From the NCBI GenBank assembly GCA_003344405.1, contig NOWV01000180.1:62001-126000 (forward strand): DNA of 64,000 bases, written 5' to 3'. Origin of the DNA: Trichoplax sp. H2 (Eukaryota). Under the pieces are notes generated by a model, which saw only the letters and a list, made by a program, of their open reading frames with translations, was not told where the DNA came from and did no database searches. Of the stretch, positions 1 to 11,272 are shown in pieces (the first letter of the stretch is position 1; every line of letters begins with the position of its first letter). Both the position numbers and the translations under genes were made by a program.

Positions 1-984
1 TCCACAACGTTCTACTAAGACAGTCTACTGTATGTGTGGTGGATCCTGAAGTTGACTAGTGATACTTTTCATAAAATGCAGCTCGCGCTTTGCTACTAGT
101 TCATTGACTTTATTGAAGGTTGTACTGTACATACATTAGCAGAATCATTGAATGATCGTGTGAAGCAATGGCGAAGAGGTCTTAAGACTTTCCTTTTTAT
201 AAGATTCTAGCTGTAATAGTAACGGATCGTTTTGTAACTTAGCAGCGTCGTACTATACAGATATTGAAGTTTACTCAATTGCTAGACACGACACCGACAA
301 GCATTTTGATAATTTGCAATGTATGGTTATTAGAACTTAGAACTTCTCTATTCTAATTTATAATTAATTATCAGACATGACATTACGCTACGGTTCGGAC
401 TTAGTGTATTAGACTAACGATACGCATATTTGAATGATTATTCGCGACGGTATGCATACCTCTGTTTAAGCATTAAGCATTGCTGTATGCCAAAATATTG
501 CATCGATGTGTAGCATTTAGAAGGAGCAAACGTAATGCTATGATGATTTCCAATCACTTGCTAATAATGTACAGTAGAAAGTCATATTTCTAGTAGTCCA
601 TTGCTATACACACTAGGCATTGCAGACTGCACAGGGATGCAATCATTTTTATCGTCGTCATCTACAGTTTCTTTGCGAAGTTCTACTGGTAACCCAAGCT
701 ATTATGCATATGTTTATCTAATCATTATCCCCAATTTGACCATTGACGCAAGAAAGTATACCTTATTCTTGAATATCAGGTTATAATTACAAGCAACGCT
801 ACGCCTGATTCCAGGTAGCAAGGATAACGATCGGTTACAGATGGTTTGATATGGAAGCAACATGATTTCCTGATTTGTTTTCCTTCCAGAGCTTACAGAC
901 GGATAAGATCGAATTTAGGATAGTTAGGACAGTCGCCTTTGTGCTCGGACGGTACAGACTATAGTATACTTTGCCATACCGTAC

Positions 985-1209
985 AGTGCAGGTAGAGAAT
1001 TACTATGGGCAAGCGTGATGGCTTAAGCAAGAAAGCTTAGAGGTTAAAAGCCTGTCCATATATAAAGGGACTGCCAGCAAAAAAATGAAAGAGGATTCTT
1101 CTCTCTTCTCTCTTGTAGTCCATAGCTTAATAAGCATGGATGACTAGAATTTCTAGTACTGTTCTAGTGCAGTATAGAATCACTATTGGCAACCGTGATG
1201 GCTTAAGTA
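985..1209 (+). repeat. Pair of diverged ~45-bp direct repeats upstream of the JmjC gene
   Basis: agtgcaggtagagaattactatgggcaagcgtgatggcttaag (~985-1027) and agtgcagtatagaatcactattggcaaccgtgatggcttaag (~1166-1207); a partial third gaattactatagg lies near 1223. Confidence 0.7.
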
Positions 1210-1514
1210 GGGAGTAAAGCATGAATTACTATAGGAAGTCCAATCGGTAGTCTATAGCTGGAGTATCAACGTTATCCCTATTGGCTGAGCCGATCGTAAG
1301 CGTAAACTACGGAGGCCAGCAGCAGTTGGGGGCAAATACTTTAAAAGTTTACTCACTTGGTGGGTCTCCTCAATTCTGCAATGCAATGAGTAGAACAGTA
1401 ACTAAGTTAGGAGTTTTTCCTTTTATCATCTCCAGCTAAACGGATGATGAATCAAAATTGAAAAAAATCACTCCCTTATTTTATAGATTACATCATAGAC
1501 TTGTATTATAGTCA

Positions 1515-3536
1515 ATGAAGATGCATTTATCAACGCGTTGCAGCCTTCTAATGGATTTATCCACATACTGTGTCTTCATTTTAATATTATTCTCGCTTTG
1601 TAATGCATCTGCAAACAATCTACCAGCAATGTCGATGATGCAAATTGAGAAACATTTAAATGATGGATGTGCCATCATGGCTAATCATCAACCTATACCG
1701 TCTGTTGTTCAACGTTTCAACCAATTAATTCAAATATATGCTCAGGATAAAGTAGTTCTTATTGCAAGATTCGATCAAGCTATACTCAAGTGGTCTAATG
1801 GCGATACCGTAAAATATAGAATGAATGAAAAGGTAAACAACTTATCGAATACCACGTCGATAACGATTTTCCCCAAGCGTAAGATAGATAGAACATGTCT
1901 TATGAGTGTAAATCACCTACCAATAGGTGAATATTATAATGGTCAGGAAGAAATTCACTCCTTGGTCGATTTAATAAATACAAAATGCCAGGTTTTCCGA
2001 AGTCCGAATGGTAATCTTAACTCTATCGGAATGAAAAGAAAATGGCTATTAGAAAATCTTTATTCTCCCAATCATCATAACGCTACCTTTTCTGATCAAA
2101 TCATACAATCACATCATCCATTGCACAGTCAGACAGCTAATAAGACAAAAACTTCCTATCGAAAATGTAAAGTAATCGACAATACAACAACAGCGTCAGA
2201 ATTTATACATTCTTTCTTACTTAAATCTCAGCCAGTGATTATAAAGGGTGCAATTAAACATTGGCCAGCCATAACTAAGTGGAGTAATGACTATTTTAAA
2301 AGTAAAATCGGTAACAAAAGAATTCATATCAAGCTAACAGAAAAGGGAGAATTTGAAGGTTGCGAATCGGTTGCCAATTGGAAAAGTAAACGAGCAAATT
2401 TCAAGATACCAGAAGCAGTCCGTCAGCAATTACAATTTGATGATCTAGTTGTAGTTCGCCCAGCTACAGCTGAACTTCCTTTTCCTGAATTTTTAAAATT
2501 TGTCACTGGTGAAAATAGTACACATCAATTTTCAGCTTATCTTGAATATACCTCGATCAAAGACTATATGCCACAGCTTGTGCAAGATGTACAAGAAATA
2601 TCCTTTGTTAAAGATTTCCTTCAACTAAAACACCTCAATATTTGGCTAAGTGATGGTCACACTCTAGGAAAATTGCACTTTGATCCGTACGATAATTTCC
2701 TGTGTCAGGTAAATATCGTTAATCAATTCTATAGTATTACCGATACAATTATTAATCATCTATTTAATAAAATAGCTACAAAGAGTTATTCTTACACTAA
2801 TGGACAATATTATCGTAGTAAACTAAGTAGATTTTACCCTCTACTTTACTAGATAAATGCTGTAGTATTAAAATGTTCACAATTTCACCATTAATGCAAG
2901 TGATCCAGTTCATCTAAGTCATTTTTTTCTTATGGAACCTTTTACATAGTATCAATAACTATGATACTGCACTTTCATTACTGTTAAAATATACGTATTG
3001 GTTTTTACGACTCTTTCTTGTTCAAAATCATAATTTATAGGTGCTTCAACTGCAATAGTATTCACGATTTTTAATTTATCGATATTAAAGTATATCTCTA
3101 TTTTTATTTTCTTTAGCTGAGTGGAAAGAAACGTCTAACACTTTTCGATCCACACGATAATACACGACTATACGAAGGACATATTCCTGAAGCTATGTTA
3201 GAATATGATTGGGATAAAAAAAAATTTTATCGTCAAAACTTATTAGAATCAACTTCAATGGTAATGTCTCCCGTCGATATTCTAAAGCCAAATCTTCAAA
3301 GGTTCCCTAAATTTACAAAAGCAGTTCCCTATGTCTGCGAGATTTCGCCCGGCGATGCACTATTTATGCCTGCATTCTGGTGGCATGAAGTTCAATCTTT
3401 TCCAGATAAAAAGGAAAAAAGAAATTTAGCTGTTAATTTTTGGTATGAACCATTCTTTACAAGAGAGTTTCCATGTCCAACATGCAAGCTAGAACCTAAT
3501 CCTTTTTACCACAAAAGGTTTGATTCCTTGTTGTAG
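1515..3536 (+). CDS. JmjC/cupin-like 2-oxoglutarate Fe(II) oxygenase (JMJD7/HSPBAP1-like fold) with N-terminal signal peptide; 2 exons (1515-2708, 3117-3536)
   Basis: ORFs 1515..2852 and 3195..3536 join in frame across a CAG|GTAAAT...TTTAG|CTG intron, giving NFLCQ-LSGKKRLTLFDP. Motifs: QPVIIKGAIKHWPAITKWS, NIWLSDGHTLGKLHFDPYDN (HxD), PGDALFMPAFWWHEVQS (distal His), NLAVNFWY. Hydrophobic N-terminus ends at CNASA. Confidence 0.9.
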
Positions 3537-4223
3537 TTAAGAACTAGAAGATTGCAAAGACAACCAATGTCAGCTCTTAAACAGTGTTAAAATGGATGCC
3601 TGTAGCTATTTTATTGACTATCTGAGACTGAAAAATACAAATAATATTTAAGTAGATGATCGATACGAATGATGCTTACATTAAGCAAATTATAAAGATT
3701 GAATTCTACTGAAAATGTTCCATTGTCGTACATTTATGATGCTATCGACCATATTTTTATTCCAGTATTAGAGGAAAATATTATCCTAGCACCTAACATC
3801 TAGCAATCTACTAGGCAAATTTTATAAACGATTGTTTTGTGTCTAAGTCTAGTGATAAAAATCGACCAATTGAGTTTGTCATAACCTAATCAGATAATAG
3901 CTATCCCTATGTTTGTTTAGTGATCAATTACAGCTGACTCCTGGAATATAGACTATTAATTATAGTGAAACTAAAGCAAAATTATTATGATAAGTATCAT
4001 CATATATTATCACTATCAAAAGTAAGATTCTTAAAATTCTGAACAAAATATTCTAAAATTGTTTCCAAATCATTCTCACAAAGTGATCGTTAATAAAAGT
4101 TTTCAAATTGGAATATTCAATTCTAGCTAAAGCTTATTTCAAAGATTTAATCTAAGTTCTTCGTTCTTAAAGCAGTTTAGTCAGTTTATACTTATTGATA
4201 CATTCAAATTCGTCTGAACATTG

Positions 4224-5972
4224 GATATTCTTTCACAGGGAAAATATCAAAGACAATTTCATGCTTAAAAAAGTATCTTATCAATTCTTCAACTACTTGG
4301 CAATATGTGAAGAATATAGATTTATATACTCATGCAATAATAAATTGGATCTCTCAACTTAATTACATTAATTGACTGTATCGTACGTATAATAAATGCA
4401 ATCGGGTACTATTTTGAATAGATTAATAAATTCGCCATGGCGTAACCAGAAATTTTCAAATTTTATTTAACCTTGTACTTATCATGACTATAAAAAGAGT
4501 AAAAGGCTTATGTGCAAGACCTAGCCATCAATAATATAATTAAATTAGTGACTCTTATATTATCATATTTAACGATATACATATATGTATTTTAAAAGGA
4601 GTAAAAAAGTCATAGGCAAGAGCTGGCCATCAATAATATTATTAGATTAGTGAATCTTATAGGTTTAAAATAAAGTTCATGTAATGTAGAATTAACCTAT
4701 AAAGATTTCATGCAATAGATGTCTTAAAAAAAGTAACATACCAATTAAATTTTACTTTTTAAAATAGGCTTTAAATATTTATGATAGCTTGAGTGAACCT
4801 ATATACGATATAAAAAATTTATAGATATCGTTAATCTGATAAGGCCTACAATTTTCTAAAATTGTTCAAGTATAGATAAATTAACAAATAAAATCTTACG
4901 TCAGTTTTGTTGAGAGGAGCTCGCTTTGCCCAGTTATATAAGCGATTGTAAACGTCGCCATCGTACGCGCCTAGAGCAGAATTTAACGATTGATCTATAA
5001 AAGCGAAAGCGTCTACTAAGCCTACTAAATTCNNNNNNNNNNNNNNNNNNNNGATATTCTTTCACAGGGAAAATATCAAAGACAATTTCATGCTTAAAAA
5101 AGTATCTTATCAATTCTTCAACTACTTGGCAATATGTGAAGAATATAGATTTATATACTCATGCAATAATAAATTGGATCTCTCAACTTAATTACATTAA
5201 TTGACTGTATCGTACGTATAATAAATGCAATCGGGTACTATTTTGAATAGATTAATAAATTCGCAATGGCGTAACCAGAAATTTTCAAATTTTATTTAAC
5301 CATGTACTTATCATGACTGTAAAAAGAGTAAAAGGCTTATGTGCAAGACCTAGCCATTAATAATATAATTAAATTAGTGACTCTTATAGGTTTAAAATAA
5401 GTTAATGTAATGTAAGTATAATAATTGTAATCAGGTATTGTTTTTGTATAGATTAATAAATCTGACAAAGCATAGCCAGAAATTGAAGAGTTTTCAAATT
5501 TTATCATATTTAACGATATACATATATGTATTTTAAAAGGAGTAAAAAAGTCATAGGCAAGAGCTGGCCATCAATAATATAATTAGATTAGTGAATCTTA
5601 TAGGTTTAAAATAAAGTTCATGTAATGTAAAATTAACCTATAAAGATTTCATGCAATAGATATCTTAAAAAAGTAACATACCAATTAAATTTTACTTTTT
5701 AAAATAGGCTTTAAATATTTATGATAGCTTGAGTGAACCTATATACGATATAAAAAATTTATAGATATCGTTAATCTGATAAGGCCTACAATTTTCTAAA
5801 ATTGTTCAAGTATAGATAAATTAACAAATAAAATCTTACGTCAGTTTTGTTTAGAGGAGCTCGCTTTGCCCAGTTATATAAGCGATTGTAAACGTCGCCA
5901 TCGTACGCGCCTAGAGCAGAATTTAACGATTGATCTGCAAAAGCGAAAGCGTCTACTAAGCCTACTAAATTC
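4224..5972. repeat. Near-identical duplication flanking an N-gap (4224-5032 vs 5053-5972), containing the last ACOX exons; probably uncollapsed allelic haplotypes
   Basis: The sequence after the gap restarts at gatattctttcacaggg, the same as 4224. The copies differ by a few SNPs and a ~110-bp indel. The first copy repeats the terminal exon (4745-4798) and part of the penultimate exon. Confidence 0.85.
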
Positions 5973-8900
5973 GGCCGTAATTGCTTATAACAGTAAAGGA
6001 TTCGTTCTCGAACGAATTCCATTTGAGTTCCGGTAATAAAGCAATCCTATTTCGTAAATAAATAAATTTAAATTTTATGTAAGGAAGTCGTATCTTTTAA
6101 AATATGCGTACTAATAACGGAATACCTCTAAGAATTCTCCACTATTATCTGCAATTCCATTCAAAGCGAAGACAACGCCAAGCGTTAGTAGACTTTCTTT
6201 GATCTCCTTGCTACACTTTAATAGGGCAGTCGATTGAAAGAAATTTCGTGTAACAAAATAATAACAGTGCGCCTGCAAAAAATAATAGTTTCGAAAATTC
6301 GATATTCTGTCTTAACTTAACATATAGTATAATTACGATGCGTGTAGTAATTTTATCGTCGATGTAGGTAACTAACCTTTGCACATCGAACAAACTCTAT
6401 TCCTGAACGATTCATAGCTTCCGATGTGTCTAAACCTTGAGAGATTTGACTTTCCAAGAACTGAGCAGCGCTCTTGATTGTTCTATAATTCCCCAAAATA
6501 TGACATTATAATAACTGAACACGTAGTTCTAGTATTGAATAATCGTTATACCTTTGAGCTCTATGTTCAAAAGCTTCCACAAGTAAAATAGGCTTCATCA
6601 GATCTTCTGGTGATTTAACCCCCCATCGAGCGCCAGGTAAAGGTTTAACTTGAATATACGACATACTTGAAGGAGTAACACTAGGTTGTCTGAAACATTT
6701 TAGTAAGAATCGTGCAGTCTGTAGATATAAAACAGTATTCTCTCCCTCGTAAGTACACGACGGTAGCCAATCCTTATAAATCGATACAAGGCCGGAAGCT
6801 GCTGAAAAGCCATGGCCTCCGCAAGCTCTACGACATACCTAAATTTAGGTGATTATATAATTAATATTTTTCGTTAGGCCTATATCGATTTATGAAAAGG
6901 CAATAAAATAAAACAAACGTAAAGAAGAGAAAAGATAACCTCAATGCCAGATACAGACATCTCGGCAGTGAAAGCTTTCAAGCCCGAACTTATACCATGT
7001 AGCTGTAGATTTCAATTAATTATATATTTTATTAATTAGAAGAAAATTGTCGTATTTTCTTAAATAATAATTTATTATACCTCTTGCAAAGCGCCAAGAT
7101 GGCCCGATTCAATATCAGCATGAAGAGCATGATAAGTCGACATCATGTATCTAGCAATCCAAGCGAATGCATACGCGGTAGCGAGTTGTGGAACTAGTTT
7201 ATGCTGTTGAGTTACATAATCGATTATCTGCGGCTCTAGTTCACTAAAAATGGGTAGTAATGTGTTTACAGTTAGTATAATTTTATCGTTCTCCTCAAAA
7301 GCGATATGTTACAGAGTACAGCACCCTGGTTTGGCTTCCGTTTGTCGTCGTACACAACTGTATCGGATAGCAATAGTCGCTGCTTTTGATAGATTCGTAG
7401 CTGATTCGGACACAACAGTCGCTCTAACAAGCACCATGGCACCGTAAGCTAATCTAGGATTGGCTGGTTTCCTGTAAGTTCCGTCTGGATAAACCTATTA
7501 TGTACATGAGAGGATAATATACAGTATGGTTACGCAATGGCAGGTATTCGATCATCGAAGTCTAGTACTAGATAAGTATATAGTCGCTTAGTACTTACTT
7601 GGGCATGTCTCATTAACATATTTTCGCGTGGAATTCTAACGTTATCCATTGCTAGAAAGCCATTGTCGTTAGTTTCTAAGCCGACTTTATTTCCGATATC
7701 TCCGACTGTTACGCCAGGCATTGGTGAATGATCTTTCAAGCTGCGTAATTGAATAATGAATGAATGAATACCATAACACTGATTTTTGATGTATAACTGG
7801 GCCATTACGACAGCATGAGTAGAGGTTTTCCCGACTGTTAAAGGAATCCATAAATTCGATATGTGAAATCAATGATTTAACTTAACATAGCATATCGCAG
7901 TTTATTATACTCTACATAGAATCAGTTATCAAATATCAACTGATCGATTTACATAATTTTGTATTAATACTAAATTAAACAATATCCGATATCGTATATT
8001 ATAATTAATTAATAAATACGTACGACATCCAGGCCACCATTTAGTAGCTGTTAAAGTCGGCGTATTTAAAACAAACTCTTCTCTTTTAGGATCGTAAGTC
8101 GATGTCGTCTCTAAGCCACGTATAAAGGTACCTAGATTTAAACCAACGAATAGATGAAATTAATAATATTTTTTGTAAAATAATCTTCTAGAGGTAAAAG
8201 ATTAGCGTAATGTATAATAATAATTTTAGGTTTTACCGTGGCCCAATTCAGTCTGTGCGTAAGTACCGATGATTTTATAGTCGTTCGCTAGAGGTAGCCA
8301 TTTCTTACGTTGCTCGTCAGTACCTTGATCCTAAAATTATACAGAGTAAACATACGATCAAAAAATCTAAGTCTTAGGATGACGATTTATGAAGCTATAT
8401 AACGAAATTAGCGTATAGATAATTCTAACATTGTACTAAATAGGTGTGATAGTCGTACACAGACTTTACGAGTAAAACGGTTGTTGTATAAATTTTAGCT
8501 AAAAGATCTGTAAAATTTAGAATATAGTTGATTCCTTGACTAGATTTTAATGATTTTATAGTAATCATAAGAATCGATCTGACGTCAAGTTGTACAAGAG
8601 ATTATATAAATTATATACACTCAACTAAAAGTGTAACGCCATCGAAGGTTAGGAAATACATTATATAAAATAATCATGATGACCATTGACACACGTACCC
8701 TAATGGTTGGTTTAAACATAGAATTGTGCAATGCAATTGGCAGGTTCTCGTTGATAACACTGTGCAATGCAAGTTATTTTAAAGAGAAAAGGACACGAAG
8801 AAAAGAGTGTGAAATAGTTATAAATATTAAATTTAATATGAAGTACTAAGCAATTAATAAATTGAGCAATATCCTACATCATGTTAACATCAAAGTAGTG

Positions 8901-10816
8901 TAATTCGACATATATTATAATTATCAGCCTATACTGTACCATGGACTACTAGAAGAGAACTTCTTCTAGTAGTCCATGCCTTTACTGACTGTAATTTAAT
9001 ATACTGCACTTTATGAAGTATAGCAATATGATTAATAAAATATACTAACACAAATACAGTTACAACTGTCCTATAGTATGCTAGTTGTCTCATCAACAAT
9101 TAGGATACCAACAAGTATAAAAGCTACGAAAAATACAAATTTATGTTAGTATATGCTATTTAATGACCAAGTTAAGCTATGTACCCTAGTAAGATCTGGT
9201 ACTCCTGAGGGTTTTCAATATTATGCTCTTTAAGTACTTCAACCAATTTGACAGCTTTCTTCACAGCATCACTGTACTTCTCTTCTCTGGATAGGAAATA
9301 GTAATCTTCATTGCTGAAGATGGGCTCCTTCATAACGAGGGATTCTGCAAAGAGAAATGTAAGAGCTTAATTATCTACTTATTCCTTCTTAATTAACAGA
9401 AAGCAACAGATATGCGACGTTGAGAATCGGTAATAATCAGGATTTCATGAAATGCTCCAGATAAGCTATTTCCACGATTTACAAATTACAAAGAAATGAT
9501 GTAAAGCTTTTCGTGAAAATAGACTGGCTCCTAGTATATATCCGTTATCATGTGCCTAAATCTGTTTCATGGATACGATTTATACAGTCGTTATAATAAT
9601 CTATTTTACTGGATACTGGCATTGTGATTATATCTGTTGAACATGCTGCAATTCAATTTGTACGCGTAAATATTCAGTCCTGTATTTTAGCAAGTATCTG
9701 ATTGTGATAGCGTAATAAATAAGTTCTACACTAAACAGGTAGGAAACTCAATGGATGATAAATAAATATCAATTATGGGGTCCTACACTACTGCACTATT
9801 GATGAACACTGAGATCTGCAATACGATCGAGATACGGTGATATAACATTATTCATTCAGTAGATATGCGCTTCAGGAACATTTTTGAAATTTGATCATGA
9901 CAATATAAAAGAAGGATATCATTTTTAGACATCGAAATGGTAAAAATACGTCTATAGCTGATAAAGGATCGATTTAACTTAATAGAGACATATTGCTATC
10001 TGCAACTGTCTATTGAATAATTTGTCCATATAAATATCAACATGACCATCATGTCGAGAGCTTTGATGAACATTGTATAGTGTACTGTACAACACGGTAT
10101 ACAATAATAAGCGCATCCACTCTAATAGCCAGCGCCCATAGAAATGAAAAAGGAACTAATTAATCTTTAATTTTTTTCTATTCCCACGATCAAACAGGGA
10201 AATACAGTACAGTAGTCAAAATAATGTGTTGTGACGGAAGAAAATTTTCTTCCTCTGCTTCTATCTGTGGCACTACGTTACTGTGGAAGAAAATTTGGAG
10301 ATGAGCGTGAGATTTTTTTCGGCAAGAGTACATACTGTACAGTACTGTAGAGTAATGAGTAAGTGAATACGTGTGATGCAGTGAATCCATGATAGAATCA
10401 TACTGAATACAGAAGAACTGACCAGGTGACAGTAGGCTCTACCTCCATAGCCGTCGAAAGGTGTGACTACAAGGCAGTATAACAATAATATCCTCGAAAT
10501 CGAATAAGGTAAGAAATGTCGATGGAGATGCATTACTATATTAAGCAATTGGGAATACTGCATTTACAATAAGGTACAGTAGAGTCTGGATTCAACGCCT
10601 CGCCGCAACAATGTGGGAGTTGTGCAAAATCAATCCAAATTTGATATGGATGGCAAATCATTCAAGTTATACAATGTGCGCGTATTGTATAAACCAACCC
10701 AGATATCGGCGTCTTTCGGTTTTTTTCCGTCCTCCATTAACGATATCCGTTAGTTCTGCAACGTTAAAAGTGCATTTTCTTCTCTCGCGGTCTAGATCGC
10801 TGCTAGGAGACGCCAT
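5685..10816 (-). CDS. ACOX1: Peroxisomal acyl-CoA oxidase 1-like, paralog A (multi-exon, C-terminus SKI)
   Basis: Exon 1 [29 protein letters not shown] (10816-10699). Later exons: [63 protein letters not shown]...[30 protein letters not shown]. Last exon [17 protein letters not shown] (5738-5685). GT-AG boundaries. Confidence 0.95.
8940..8978. mobile_element. 39-bp perfect hairpin (17-bp arms CATGGACTACTAGAAGA); miniature TIR element or transposon excision footprint
   Basis: catggactactagaaga-gaact-tcttctagtagtccatg. Flanks actgtac / cctttac (5/7 match). A related copy lies at 35457. Confidence 0.65.
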
Positions 10817-10875
10817 ACTTGTGCTGCGCTGTTGCAACTGAGTAACGAAGACTCGCCAAGGCGGATCAGGTAATC

Positions 10876-11272
10876 TGTACTGTATGGCTGTACAGAGTAC
10901 AGTACATGTACAGTACTGTACAGAGTACGTACTGTAGAACTGCGAGTCAGCGAGTTCATGTACTGTACTGTACACTGTACACTGTACTGTACCGTATGGT
11001 AAGGTGAAGCGTAAAAGCAGGTCATCCTCACCCGTACTGTACCGTAGAAAGTCCGGCAGCGAAACCGCACACTGGACAGTATGTAAGGATCAATAGCGAG
11101 CGTATGTTTATTTATTTATTTTATACTGTACCGTAATGCAAGATCAGGCGTTACGTACAGTACAGTACTGTACTTTACAGTGTACAGTACGTATGATATA
11201 CTGTAGTACTGTACAGTACAGTACTGTACAACATCGTAAAAGGAAGGTACTGTACAGTACACTGTGCAATGT
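10876..11272. promoter_or_regulatory. (CAGTA/TACTG)-rich palindromic low-complexity tract immediately upstream of the ACOX paralog A start
   Basis: Dense tacagtactgta, tactgtactgtacac and gtacagtacag units start about 60 bp upstream of the ATG at 10816. The regulatory role is inferred from position. Confidence 0.55.

Noticed and set aside
4745-5032. Fourth ACOX gene or pseudogene
   Set aside because: Nearly identical to 5685-5972 including intron and flanking sequence, and truncated at an N-gap; best explained as the second allele.
8332-9184. Mutually exclusive duplicated exon 3 as in vertebrate ACOX1
   Set aside because: No second copy of the LH..MF.PTI or QGT.EQ exons was seen in the introns of any of the three paralogs.
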